Of a stretch of 64,000 nucleotides of DNA, positions 18,501-28,493 are shown one piece after another (position 1 is the stretch's first letter; each line of letters starts with the position of its first letter). Made by a program: the position numbers and the translations under genes. Under the pieces are notes generated by a model. It saw nothing but the letters and a program-made list of their open reading frames with translations, was not told where the DNA came from and made no database searches. The DNA comes from an uncultured archaeon (GTDB taxonomy: Archaea > Asgardarchaeota > Thorarchaeia > Thorarchaeales > Thorarchaeaceae), in contig CAZVZC010000004.1 of assembly GCA_964631415.1 (NCBI GenBank), positions 17,658-81,657 of the forward strand, given 5' to 3'.

Positions 18501-19373
18501 CTACACACCTCCGACGAGTCTCACGTCAGGACCTTCATCCTCTGTCGTTTCTGTCGCGTTGGGGTTGTCTGTCAGGATCAAGTAGACCCTGGTCAGTCCA
18601 ATCGTCATAGCTGGCAGACCTAGAAACACAAGGGCCAGACCGGCAATCGCTCCTATGGGAATCAGCACAACCGTCAAGGCAGACAAGAGGATGAACACAG
18701 CGATGTAGGACAACCAAGTGCCGAACACTCGGTCGAAGTACTGCCGGCTGAGTCGTACAGACTGCTTGACGGCACCCAGAACAGAGAGCCCGTCTATTAT
18801 CCCAGGAAAGAGCATTGATAGCATTCCAGTCGTCACTACGAGCCAGACAACTGCGAACGCTGCCACTGCCGCCATTGGCAATCCTAACATCCAGCTTCCC
18901 GTGACAGTAAAGGCCCAGATACTCATGAGGGCGATTGGCATCAAGCTCACCAGAAAAAGGACTACACCTCCTCCGGCAAGAGACAGGAACTTCTTTCTGT
19001 ACCAGACGAACACGCCCTCGGCAGTAGTGCCATCACTCTCGACTATCTCGCGAGCCATACCGAACAAGGCACCAAGGGCCACGAGGAATGGACCAAGTAG
19101 AGGAATCGCCAGAAACATGATCAAACTGAACAGTTCGGCGCCTTGGAGTGCTGACCAGTTCTGACCAAGAGAAAAGAAGAACTGCATCATTGGTTCCATC
19201 CCCCATGCGAGGATAACAGGAATCATGATGGCGGCTGCTACGATGACCATCAGAATGCCTGCGACTATCAAGACACCAATCATTGCCAAGACATAAGAGA
19301 TGACGTTCTTAGAAGCGAACCTGAAACTGATTCTCAGATCCTGCAGAAGAGTTTCAAAGCTTGAGTTTTTCAT
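18501..19373 (-). CDS. polytopic membrane protein (paralog of the next gene)
   Basis: About 6 TM helices; shares GxxxGM, AE, KF..AG and FDRVFGxW with 19453-20361. Confidence 0.8.
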   Translation of the reverse strand: MKNSSFETLLQDLRISFRFASKNVISYVLAMIGVLIVAGILMVIVAAAIMIPVILAWGMEPMMQFFFSLGQNWSALQGAELFSLIMFLAIPLLGPFLVALGALFGMAREIVESDGTTAEGVFVWYRKKFLSLAGGGVVLFLVSLMPIALMSIWAFTVTGSWMLGLPMAAVAAFAVVWLVVTTGMLSMLFPGIIDGLSVLGAVKQSVRLSRQYFDRVFGTWLSYIAVFILLSALTVVLIPIGAIAGLALVFLGLPAMTIGLTRVYLILTDNPNATETTEDEGPDVRLVGGV

Positions 19374-19452
19374 TTTTCAGCCATCCAGTAGAGGTAGTTT
19401 GAGAACACTCCCCTCTTGTTTCGAGGGGAGCAATCTCTCATCTTGCGTGCGC

Positions 19453-20361
19453 TCATACAATGGGTATGTCGGGGCCTTGCTTCGGCGCGACCTTTCCATC
19501 TGTGATCTCATGGTAGACCTTAGCAAATGCGATGACTACCATTGGGAACAGCAGGAGTATCCACAGAAGACCTGCGATAACAGTCCAAGCCGCGAGTGCA
19601 CCAATCACGGGCATGAACATTGACTCAGGTCCCATCATTGTCCAGTTGACCGTGAGCCCCCAGACCATCGCGGGCGCGAACATTGCTACAGCCAAGAGGA
19701 CTATGGCGGTCCACAGGCCGAAGACACGATCGAAGTGCTTGACGGCCAGTCTGAAGGACTCACTCACCGCCGCCTGCACTCCTTTTCCATTGACAACAGC
19801 TGGGAGGACCATCGAAGTCAGACCGACAGTGACGAAGGTCCAGACGAAGGAGAAAGCAGTCAGAGCCTGTGCAGCCAGACCTGTAATTGTGTACCCGAGC
19901 AAGTACCAAGCGGTGCCCCAGACGACTACCTGGGGGACAATGACTATGATTGTAAGTATAGCACCCGCACCTGCGAAGGCGAAGAACTTGTGCCAGAGAT
20001 AAGAGAACGCAGCCTCGGCTTTGGTTTCACCTATCATGACCAAGTCGTTGCTCATCCCATAGATTGAGCCAACAACCACCAGAAACAGGGACACAACTGG
20101 AATCATGACCAGAATGCCTAGTCCTCCTACTAGCATAGGACTGTGCCCGGCCCATGCCGACATCATTAGACCCATGTTGTTCCAGAACAGACCGCTGGTA
20201 GCGAGTGCTAGGAGCATGATGGGCATTGCAATGATGCCAAACAGTATCGCAATAACAAAGACCATGCCAAGGTTAGCAAGTAAGTAGCTCAGTACGCTCT
20301 TCCTTGCGAGTCCGAGGCTTGTCTTGAGATCGTTGAAGACTGTGTGAAAGTCTGTAGACAT
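19453..20361 (-). CDS. polytopic membrane protein (paralog of the previous gene)
   Basis: ATG 20361 follows GGTGA; aligns end to end with 18501-19373. Confidence 0.8.
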   Translation of the reverse strand: MSTDFHTVFNDLKTSLGLARKSVLSYLLANLGMVFVIAILFGIIAMPIMLLALATSGLFWNNMGLMMSAWAGHSPMLVGGLGILVMIPVVSLFLVVVGSIYGMSNDLVMIGETKAEAAFSYLWHKFFAFAGAGAILTIIVIVPQVVVWGTAWYLLGYTITGLAAQALTAFSFVWTFVTVGLTSMVLPAVVNGKGVQAAVSESFRLAVKHFDRVFGLWTAIVLLAVAMFAPAMVWGLTVNWTMMGPESMFMPVIGALAAWTVIAGLLWILLLFPMVVIAFAKVYHEITDGKVAPKQGPDIPIV

Positions 20362-20392
20362 AGATTCATTCACCACGATGATGATTGTGGAA

Positions 20393-20454
20393 CGTTTGAC
20401 ATGTGCCAAACATAGCACTCTTTTGCTTATAAAGCGTTTGATATCTGCCAAACG
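20393..20454. promoter_or_regulatory. two GTTTG-N8-CAAAC operators flanking a TATA box
   Basis: CGTTTGACATGTGCCAAAC (20393-20411) and CGTTTGATATCTGCCAAACG (20435-20454), with minus-strand TTTATAA between them. Confidence 0.75.
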
Positions 20455-20564
20455 TTTGGGTCTTACTATCTAACGAACGACCAAGAACCTGCGGCTGTCC
20501 ACAGGAGCCACTGCGCCTCTGCCTGTACACACGTAATCGCGGAGCCGATAATCGCCCCAATATC

Positions 20565-21179
20565 TCATACCCGTCTGGCATGCGGAATCCGCGACACCAG
20601 TGACTGCCAGACCCAGCTGAACAATGGTGTCAGCAAGAACACTGTGGGGACACCGACTGTCAACAGTGGAAGTAGTACGAATCCCAGCGCCACTAGGTCA
20701 GCGTAGACTTCCACGGTGAGGCCGACCACAACCGTGACAAGCACTGTAAAGACGAAGCCAATTACAGACATGATCGACAGTTTGGCTAGTGAGCGACCAT
20801 TTCCGAAGTCATACCGAACAAGGCCCACGATGAAGCCCATCAATCCGAAGGCCAAAGGATTCAACGAAACAGTCACGACAGTGCCGAAGAACAGAAGCCC
20901 ATAGAGCAGCGCACCCAGATATCCGGTCAGCAATCCTGCCAAAGGCCCCCTAATGGCCCCGACCGTTGAGATGACTGCGAGAGCCGGCCAAAGTCCGAGT
21001 TTGAAGAGGTCAACCATTACGTACGGCTCAGGTGGGATCGACAGGACGACGAAGAACGTCACGCCTGCGGCCGCAGATGCGATTGTCCAGAGTATGGCAT
21101 TGCGGTCCTGTATGTAGAAGAGTTCAGAAACTGTTCGCCTCTCTTTCTGATTGACATGAGCGTCTGCCTCTTGAGCCAT
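20565..21179 (-). CDS. ECF S-component-like membrane protein
   Basis: About 5-6 TM helices; GAIRGPLAGLLTGYLG resembles the S-component GPxxG motif. Confidence 0.6.
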   Translation of the reverse strand: MAQEADAHVNQKERRTVSELFYIQDRNAILWTIASAAAGVTFFVVLSIPPEPYVMVDLFKLGLWPALAVISTVGAIRGPLAGLLTGYLGALLYGLLFFGTVVTVSLNPLAFGLMGFIVGLVRYDFGNGRSLAKLSIMSVIGFVFTVLVTVVVGLTVEVYADLVALGFVLLPLLTVGVPTVFLLTPLFSWVWQSLVSRIPHARRV

Positions 21180-21182
21180 GCT

Positions 21183-22838
21183 TCACCCTCCTGCAACAAT
21201 GACCAGATGATATGTGCCCGGGTTCAGCGTCAACACGTAGTCAGATCCAGATGCAGTGAGCTGCCCCAAGGAGCGACCTCCCGAGTATGCACTGGGCACA
21301 GACCCGAAATTGCTGAAGGTCAGGGTTGCCGTCTGGTCTATCCGTACATTCAATACGAAGCCCTCCTTGTCAGGGTCCCACTGAGCTTGGTACACCCACA
21401 TTCTGTCATCATCTGCCTGAGAGATGTATGGATAGCCCCAGAACTCAGCAGGCCGTGGGTCACCTAGGTCCTTGATTGTCACTGGTACTGTGGCCCAGAG
21501 CCATCCGTAGGCCATACTCGACTGGAGGAACGGCTCTATGGCCATTGTATCCCAGTGCATTGCACGGCCATCAGCCGACCAGACCTTGTTGTATGGGGAC
21601 CACATGAAGTTGACAATCCGATCTCTGGTGATCAAATCTCCTCTCTGTTGAGCAAGCGCCACAGCATAGAGGTTGGACAACATGTCGAACTCATCAAACT
21701 TGGTAGGGCAGTTGTACGTATCAATCATGGAAAGCTGGTCGGCAGAGATCTCCTTGGAGTAGTGCTCAAGAAACGTGGAGTAGTCTTGAGCAACTATGCT
21801 CTCGTTGGTGTGCTCTATGAATAACAGTGACCATGCTACACCATATCCCTGCACAATGGGGCGTCCGTCTCGAACGAAGGGGTCTAGCATCTTGCCAGGA
21901 AACTGCTGTACCGGGCCACCGCCAGTCTGATTGAAGCCCATTGGGCGTTGCACGAAGTACTCGTCAGTATAGAGACCATAGTCGTCCGTCATGTTTGCCT
22001 CAATGAATCCCAGACCATAGTCCCACATTCCGCTCTCCATATAGCTCGTGTTGTGAATATCGTCATACAGCTCTGTGAAGAACAGCGGGATGACATTGCA
22101 CTGAACCCATACGGCATACGGCTGACATGGAATGAGCCCGCACTCCCATATCCCGCTCTCTCGTGCATTGCCCAGTCCATCAGTTGTCAGCGAGTTGTTC
22201 CAGTCGCGCATGTACCAGTCGTACTCGCTGAAGAACTCGCCCGTATTGAAGCTCCGCTCATAGAGGAGCTCCATCAATGCATAGTGACCAGTCCACATTA
22301 TGTTAGCTGGGCCTCTGAAACCCCCTGTGAAGATGTCATCTCCGTCAGGATGTATCGGGTCTGGGTAGTAGTACTTGGTCCAGTTCGAGTAGCCGATGAC
22401 AGGACGAATCCACTCCATGGACTCGATCGAGGTTTCGCCATACTCCTCCTCGGTGGTGTTCATCTTCTTGATGAGGTCGTATGCCATGTCCGAGTAGTAG
22501 TCAGTCCTGTAACCCGAGGTGACCTCGAACAGCCTTGCGATTGAGTAGGTCATGAATGCCAGTTGGTAGTGGACCAAATAGTAGACATCAGAACCAACGT
22601 TCCATCCGTCCCACAAACCGTATGGCTGCTCGACAAGTCCGCGTATGTAGTTGTACGCTGCGATTTGCTCATGAGTCAGTGACGGGTAGTCTGCCAGATT
22701 GAAGACTATACCATTGACTACTTGTATACTCGTCAGTGTTGCCGGGCCGGGCAGGTTACCGAAGGTCAGTCCTGCAAGAGCAATGGTGATGACGAGGGTG
22801 GTGATGAGGAACTTGCTGGCTTTGGGCGATTGACTCAT
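21183..22838 (-). CDS. secreted linalool dehydratase/isomerase-like protein
   Basis: Signal peptide; YQLAFMTY, NIMWTGHY and IPCQPYAVWVQCN resemble the LDI motifs NIMYKGHL and CEPDNYFVQCN. Confidence 0.75.
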   Translation of the reverse strand: MSQSPKASKFLITTLVITIALAGLTFGNLPGPATLTSIQVVNGIVFNLADYPSLTHEQIAAYNYIRGLVEQPYGLWDGWNVGSDVYYLVHYQLAFMTYSIARLFEVTSGYRTDYYSDMAYDLIKKMNTTEEEYGETSIESMEWIRPVIGYSNWTKYYYPDPIHPDGDDIFTGGFRGPANIMWTGHYALMELLYERSFNTGEFFSEYDWYMRDWNNSLTTDGLGNARESGIWECGLIPCQPYAVWVQCNVIPLFFTELYDDIHNTSYMESGMWDYGLGFIEANMTDDYGLYTDEYFVQRPMGFNQTGGGPVQQFPGKMLDPFVRDGRPIVQGYGVAWSLLFIEHTNESIVAQDYSTFLEHYSKEISADQLSMIDTYNCPTKFDEFDMLSNLYAVALAQQRGDLITRDRIVNFMWSPYNKVWSADGRAMHWDTMAIEPFLQSSMAYGWLWATVPVTIKDLGDPRPAEFWGYPYISQADDDRMWVYQAQWDPDKEGFVLNVRIDQTATLTFSNFGSVPSAYSGGRSLGQLTASGSDYVLTLNPGTYHLVIVAGG

Positions 22839-23076
22839 GTGAGCACCTCAAACGGATTGCGGACAGGTTTCGGAACGCCCGGTGGTTCGTGAGTTATATA
22901 CCTTCCAACCTCAACGATTATCACGTCGGCAGTTGACGTAGCGCCAACTGCTATTCATGAAACCGTCTTTGAAGGGAGGAACCTGCATGGGGCGTGAGAT
23001 ATTGACTGGTATGATCCCCGTGCGAATGCCCAAGCAAAGAGAGGATTGCTCGACGCGTTTGTGCTCAATCCCTTGA

Positions 23077-24342
23077 CTAGTACTCTGGCTCTACGTTTGC
23101 TCTGACACTCGGAAACAACAGCCTGACGATGGGTTTCATTGACGCCCTGCAGGAAACATCTGGCTCATGGAGCTGCAATTCATCGAGGGTTTCGTAGCCC
23201 ATAATCAGACGGGTCAATGCATCAGGAGAGAATGCCGCATCATAATGTGCCGTACCGGCATCCTTGCCTTGAGTGACCTTGTGGAAAGCCCCATTCTCGA
23301 ATTGGAGCGTGTAGAGGTCCCTGTAACTACTGATGATCAGGTTGCCTGTGAAGTTGTCATACTCAGTCCCCTTCAAGCGCTTTGTCAAGACAGATCCTAT
23401 CGTTTCAAGAAAAGATGCGACTGAAGGAATCTTCACATACCACGCATAGACTCTCGGGAAGTGGTTGCGTGCAATCGCCATGACGACCTCTCTGACTGCT
23501 TCTTGGTCCGGAGGCACAACTCTGATACAGACTCCTCCAAGCTTAGTCGCCATGGCCTCCACGTGGCGCAATACACTTGCAGTGTGCTGTGGATTCTCTA
23601 GACAGAGCTCTGCAAGATTCAGCACCCCTTCGTCGCAGCGCAACGAGAATGAGCCAACTATCGCACCTGCTTCTCTCACAGTGAAGAAGTTGTATGCGTA
23701 GCAGGTGAGCGAAACATCCGCATAATCGAGGTAGTCGTACTCGATAGACCTGAACTTTCGATAGAATGTGTGTTTCGGAGCGTGTTTCGCTCTGAATCTG
23801 AGGAACTGGTCGAGGCTCTTCTTGTTCACTCTCACGACGCTGACAGGCTCTGATTCTGCATCCTTGAGCTTGGGAATCAGCTCCGAAGGGACTATTAGGC
23901 CACCACCTAGAGATGCCGCATATTCGTACCCAAACATCCTGTAGAAGTATGGAATCCCTGCGATGACCCAGATCAAGACGCCCCGTTGCAGTGCTCGTTC
24001 TTCGTAGGCCTCGTTGAGCTTTCGGATGAGTCCTCTATTCCTGTACTCCTTTCGAGTGCCCACCATCTCCATTTGTGCCGCGGGAATCTCGGCTCCATCG
24101 ATCACCCATGTCACCGGGAGCAGCATGATATGGGAAACCACGGTTCCGCTGTTCGAATCGACTACGATGAAGCTGTCTTCTAGTTTGAAGTCCGCCATCC
24201 TTCTGTATATCGATTCTGTGAGCCCGACGACCCCTTCGTCATGGACGATAAGATTATGCTCCAATATAGCAGAAAGATCCTCCATTGTGGCTGTCTTCAG
24301 AATCAGCCCATCACCGAGTTCCCTGTTCACTTTCCTATCCAC
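23077..24342 (-). CDS. Eis-like GNAT acetyltransferase
   Basis: MVGTRKEYRNRGLIR, GIPYFYRMFGYEYA, C-terminal SCP2-like region. GTG 24342 is the likely start. Confidence 0.85.
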   Translation of the reverse strand: MDRKVNRELGDGLILKTATMEDLSAILEHNLIVHDEGVVGLTESIYRRMADFKLEDSFIVVDSNSGTVVSHIMLLPVTWVIDGAEIPAAQMEMVGTRKEYRNRGLIRKLNEAYEERALQRGVLIWVIAGIPYFYRMFGYEYAASLGGGLIVPSELIPKLKDAESEPVSVVRVNKKSLDQFLRFRAKHAPKHTFYRKFRSIEYDYLDYADVSLTCYAYNFFTVREAGAIVGSFSLRCDEGVLNLAELCLENPQHTASVLRHVEAMATKLGGVCIRVVPPDQEAVREVVMAIARNHFPRVYAWYVKIPSVASFLETIGSVLTKRLKGTEYDNFTGNLIISSYRDLYTLQFENGAFHKVTQGKDAGTAHYDAAFSPDALTRLIMGYETLDELQLHEPDVSCRASMKPIVRLLFPSVRANVEPEY

Positions 24343-24545
24343 AACCTCTGGGCAATACTGTAGATTCGATGCCTTGGGCACAGAAAGCCTGCCGGAAGCG
24401 CACCAATGGCCTGTGACAACCAAGCCAGCCCCTTTATAGTTCACCTTCAATCGATTCTCGGCCGTTGCAACGGGAAGACGCTTCTTGGACATCGTTAATA
24501 AGAGGCGGTTTGGCCGTAAGACTACAGGTCGGGGCGTGCTCACGA

Positions 24546-25901
24546 ATGCTGCCGCTACGCAAAAAAATCGGTTACGCCATGGGTCGGTTTCCGTCCTTTC
24601 TGATGACGTTCATCACGCTCACGAGTTTCTACATCTACGGCCATAGGTTTGAGCTGAACTGGCTGCTGACTGGCATATCTCTGTCTGCCTCGTATGTCGT
24701 GATTGGCCTGACCCACTGGTTCACAGGATACTACAGTGATAGTTTGAAGACACGATGGGGGCGTCGACGCCCTTTTGTCGTGCTGGGAACACCGGCTCTG
24801 ATCGTTTCCGGCTTCCTGCTCTTCGTACCCAACTGGTTCCTTGACATCGCCGACCCAGCCACTGAAACTCTGGTGTTTGTTTACTACCTTACGACTCTGT
24901 GTTTGTTCAAGTTCTCCTATGCATTTCTGATGACGGCGTACCAGGCTTGGTTGCCAGAGATTACCGATGAGAACGAGAGGCCGCTGGTGTCGAGCATGCA
25001 GAACACCGTCAACTGGTTTGCTGACTCGAGTGGTGCCGTGTTAGGAGTGATGTCAGCACTGCTCTTCTTGCAGGTGCCACCATACACCCTGACCAGTGAT
25101 GGTGTCATGATTCTTGTGGCGTTCTGCCTTGTGACACTGGTGTTCAGTCTCCCCTCTATTCTCTTCATCAGGGAGAAACCAGACATCATAATCCCGGCAA
25201 GGAAATTGAGAGAGGAAACGAGTGTCGTCCTGCACAACCGTACCTATGTGGGTTGGATACTTGCCGTAGGCTTTCTGTCCTTCACCTTCTCGGCATTCAC
25301 AAGCCAGATCGTGGGGTTCCTAGAGCAGGTACTGAACCTCACAACAATCGAGTCGCTCATTCCTGCTGCACTCACCATGCTTGGATCCGTTTTCGTCTTC
25401 CTGTACCTCTGGATTACCGCGATACGTCGAATCGGCAAGCGAAAGTCGCTCATAGCAGGGCTCATTCTCCTTGCAGTCATGCTCCCTCTCACACCATTCT
25501 TGCGCGATATAGGCGGCTCAATTGGCTATACAGTCGTCGCCATAATGTTCTTTGTACCCTTCGGAGCCGGCATGGCAATCTACTATCTCATGAGTTACAT
25601 CGTGCCCGCAGACATCGCTCAAGTCGACGAGATTGTTTCTGGCGAGAGCCGTTCTGGAATGTACACAGGCTTCCTTGGCGTGCCTCTGAACATGTTCCAA
25701 GCAGCCTCAGCGCTAGTCCTCGGGTGGCTCATGGACTACTCGGAAGTGATGACGGGCGGCGAGCTATGGGGTCTGATGTGGTGGGGCCCGGTCTTCGCAC
25801 CCACGCTACTGATCGCCGCATTGGTGCTTCACTTTATTGACATCGACCCCGACTTCAACTCGTTGAGGACACAAACAGAAACAAGTGAGAGCGAAAGGTA
25901 G
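24546..25901 (+). CDS. MFS transporter, GPH/MelB family
   Basis: GYYSDSLKTRWGRRRPF, ADIAQVDE...RSGMYTG; about 12 TM helices. Confidence 0.9.
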   Translation: MLPLRKKIGYAMGRFPSFLMTFITLTSFYIYGHRFELNWLLTGISLSASYVVIGLTHWFTGYYSDSLKTRWGRRRPFVVLGTPALIVSGFLLFVPNWFLDIADPATETLVFVYYLTTLCLFKFSYAFLMTAYQAWLPEITDENERPLVSSMQNTVNWFADSSGAVLGVMSALLFLQVPPYTLTSDGVMILVAFCLVTLVFSLPSILFIREKPDIIIPARKLREETSVVLHNRTYVGWILAVGFLSFTFSAFTSQIVGFLEQVLNLTTIESLIPAALTMLGSVFVFLYLWITAIRRIGKRKSLIAGLILLAVMLPLTPFLRDIGGSIGYTVVAIMFFVPFGAGMAIYYLMSYIVPADIAQVDEIVSGESRSGMYTGFLGVPLNMFQAASALVLGWLMDYSEVMTGGELWGLMWWGPVFAPTLLIAALVLHFIDIDPDFNSLRTQTETSESER

Positions 25902-25998
25902 ACTGTTACCTCGGCCCTGCCCTCCTTCCAAGACAGGGCATTGCACAAGATTACATTATATGCCGCGTGAGGTAGCACAGTCGGTAGTGGTGCATGTT

Positions 25999-26559
25999 AT
26001 GAACCGGTCCTGTCTGCTATGCTTGTACACCATCTTCTTTCTCGTCGGGCTCTTCGGTCTGGTATACGGAGGCCTCGGGTTCCTCACAGTGGGGCTCTTC
26101 GGTGCGATTCCTGGCTCAGGACTCCCTCCTGTCCTTCCAATCTCAATCGGCGTGGTCTTAGGGTTTGGAGGACTGTTCATGATTGTCAGCATGCTCAGGA
26201 AAGGTTCGATGATGTCTAGAGTCGTCGCCGTTGCCAGCGCTCATGACAAGATAGGAATGGATGACATCAGCCGTGAGTCGGGCGTCGGCCCTACGAAAGT
26301 GAAGAGTCTGCTGTATGAGGCCATTGCGAAGGGACAGCTGCATGGTACAGTAAAAGAGTACACATTCATACGTGCCGAGCAGAAACCTGGTGAGAAGGTG
26401 ACTATAGAAAGAGAGGTTCTCGTGTCACGCAAGCCCCCTGACCGCTGCATCAAGTGTGGAGCGTCCATCAACCCCAAGGACGTGGAGTGGGTGGGGCCAG
26501 ACCAAGTCAGATGCCCACACTGCGGTACGACATTGTCCGTTTCGACCGAACGCATCTGA
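25999..26559 (+). CDS. 2-TM protein with wHTH/PCI-like segment and C-terminal zinc ribbon
   Basis: Two TM helices, the segment IGMDDISRE...LLYEAIAKGQLHG, then CIKC...CPHC. Confidence 0.75.
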   Translation: MNRSCLLCLYTIFFLVGLFGLVYGGLGFLTVGLFGAIPGSGLPPVLPISIGVVLGFGGLFMIVSMLRKGSMMSRVVAVASAHDKIGMDDISRESGVGPTKVKSLLYEAIAKGQLHGTVKEYTFIRAEQKPGEKVTIEREVLVSRKPPDRCIKCGASINPKDVEWVGPDQVRCPHCGTTLSVSTERI

Positions 26560-26643
26560 ACGAGCATCCGTCCCGTTTCAGTGTGCCTTAATAGCGTCAA
26601 TTCTCAGCTTACGCCAGTTACAGTCCCCGAGTTGAATCAAAGC

Positions 26644-27471
26644 ATGCTCGATTTCAAGGGAGAGAATCGCATTCTCCAGTTTGAAGAGAGTGCAGGTAGG
26701 ATTGTTTCCGAAGTGTCAACCCTTGATGGTGTGGTTGGCATCGTCTTCCTTGGCGGGCTCGTGAGAGGCTTCACGGACAGGTCCTCAGACCTTGACATAA
26801 CGGTCTTTCTAGACGAAGAAGACCAGGGCCTGAGGAGAAAGATCGGACGGATAGGGCTTGAGGAACAGAAGAGGACAGGCGTTGATGTGGATCTTGAGGT
26901 TCACTGCCTTGAAAACTTCGAGAGGAAACGCTGGAGCGAGGTCGATAGATGGGACTACAGTATTGCCAAGGTCGTATTCGATCCCATCGGCAAGGTGACC
27001 AAGATGATTAGCACGAAGCTAGAAGTTCCAGAAGAGTTCTGGGTGAGGCGGGTCGTGCTGTGCGCAGAATACATGAAGTGGTATTGCTGTCCACCGAGCA
27101 ACAACATTGGCACAATCGCCGAAACTTCAGTCGAGAGAGGTGACTTGGCCACGGCACAATACTGCCTGAATTATGGGCTTGACCTGCTGTTTAGGACCCT
27201 CTTCGCTATCAACAAGACCTTCCTCCCACCTCAGAAATGGCGGCTCATCTACGCCCGCAACCTGCCCTGGCTTCCCAGAAACTATGAGAGCACGCTAGCG
27301 GATCTCCTCACAGTCAAGAGCATTTCGAAGAAAGATGTGAGCAGAAGAATCGGACTGATCCGCAGTCTGTGGTCGGATATGTCAGTGAAGATGACAAAAG
27401 ACATGGGACTGAGCCCGGACGCGGTTTCAAGATACTATATTGAGAAACACCTGCATCAAGCGTCGGGCTGA
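26644..27471 (+). CDS. nucleotidyltransferase-domain protein (DUF4037-like C-terminus)
   Basis: Pol-beta motif GGLVRGFTDRSSDLDITVF; LFAINKTFLPPQKW. Confidence 0.8.
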   Translation: MLDFKGENRILQFEESAGRIVSEVSTLDGVVGIVFLGGLVRGFTDRSSDLDITVFLDEEDQGLRRKIGRIGLEEQKRTGVDVDLEVHCLENFERKRWSEVDRWDYSIAKVVFDPIGKVTKMISTKLEVPEEFWVRRVVLCAEYMKWYCCPPSNNIGTIAETSVERGDLATAQYCLNYGLDLLFRTLFAINKTFLPPQKWRLIYARNLPWLPRNYESTLADLLTVKSISKKDVSRRIGLIRSLWSDMSVKMTKDMGLSPDAVSRYYIEKHLHQASG

Positions 27472-27580
27472 GCGAGAAGTGAACTTTGAAGGAACATCGC
27501 TCTGTGAACGCTAGGCTGAATAGGGCGCCAGTCATGAGCATTTGTCAGTTCCTCAATGGAGCCGTGGCCCGGTGTAAGAG

Positions 27581-28318
27581 TTGAGCAACCAGAACATTCG
27601 TGCAATCGTATTCGACTTGGACGACACCCTGTACACATCAGATGCGAGAATGCTGGATGTAGCTCGAAGGCTGTTGGGGGAGGTTGGCCTAGACAAATGC
27701 AGTGGTCTATCTGATCAACGCCTTCAGGAAGCGTTTACTCGAGGACCAGACCGATGGCTCAGCGGGTATATGCAGAAGAACGACGCCGACCGACACTGGA
27801 AACCCTCTCGTGATTTGTGGGTTGAGTACGGCCGAAGGTTGCTGCAATCACTGGGAGTCAAGGAGTCCAAGGAATTCGCAGCGAACATGATTCTCAGATG
27901 GATGGGCTACGGAGTGGACATGCGCTCTCACTTGCCAGAGAAGTCTAAGCTGATTCTTGAAGAGTTACACTCGAGAAACTACAGGTTGGGACTGGCGACA
28001 AACCGGTGGGAAGACCCGACGCCGCTTCTTGATAGAGACTCAATACTGCACCTGTTCGATGCAGTGGAGTATTCACGTGTGCCCGGCTACATGAAGCCCT
28101 CTCCGTTCATGCTGATTCAAGCCGCATCTCGTTTGGGCACTAATCCCGCCAGATGTGCTTATGTTGGGGACTTCGTTAGCATTGACATCGAGGCAGCAAA
28201 GAGAGCAGGGATGAAACCATACCTCCTCACATGTTACAGCCATAACCACATGGAACAGATTCCACCGGAAGTGATTGTTGTGGAGAGAATCATGGAACTG
28301 CTGGACTTGTTCCCCTAA
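27581..28318 (+). CDS. HAD-family hydrolase
   Basis: FDLDDTL, ATN, KPSP, YVGD...DIEAA. Confidence 0.92.
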   Translation: MSNQNIRAIVFDLDDTLYTSDARMLDVARRLLGEVGLDKCSGLSDQRLQEAFTRGPDRWLSGYMQKNDADRHWKPSRDLWVEYGRRLLQSLGVKESKEFAANMILRWMGYGVDMRSHLPEKSKLILEELHSRNYRLGLATNRWEDPTPLLDRDSILHLFDAVEYSRVPGYMKPSPFMLIQAASRLGTNPARCAYVGDFVSIDIEAAKRAGMKPYLLTCYSHNHMEQIPPEVIVVERIMELLDLFP

Positions 28319-28493
28319 AGCGCCAATGTGTTGTTTACCTCGTGGACCACGACGTGAAACTGGTCCAAAGGTCATGAATGCCTATCTCTTGTCCTCAACC
28401 TGGCAGAAGGAATAAAGGAAACAGATAGATACGCTTCATCTAACAGTCCCTCAAGAGAACCACACACACACAGACGCTATGTGAGGTGAATCC

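Noticed and set aside
22929-22951. Inverted repeat GCAGTTG-N9-CAACTGC
   Set aside because: Single 7-bp stem with no second copy; could be chance.
24342-24546. N-terminal extensions making the GNAT and MFS genes overlap
   Set aside because: This is the divergent promoter region; family similarity starts at 24342 and 24546. Extensions at 34193, 36962, 45531, 46405, 48350, 49143 and 51872 were trimmed on the same logic.
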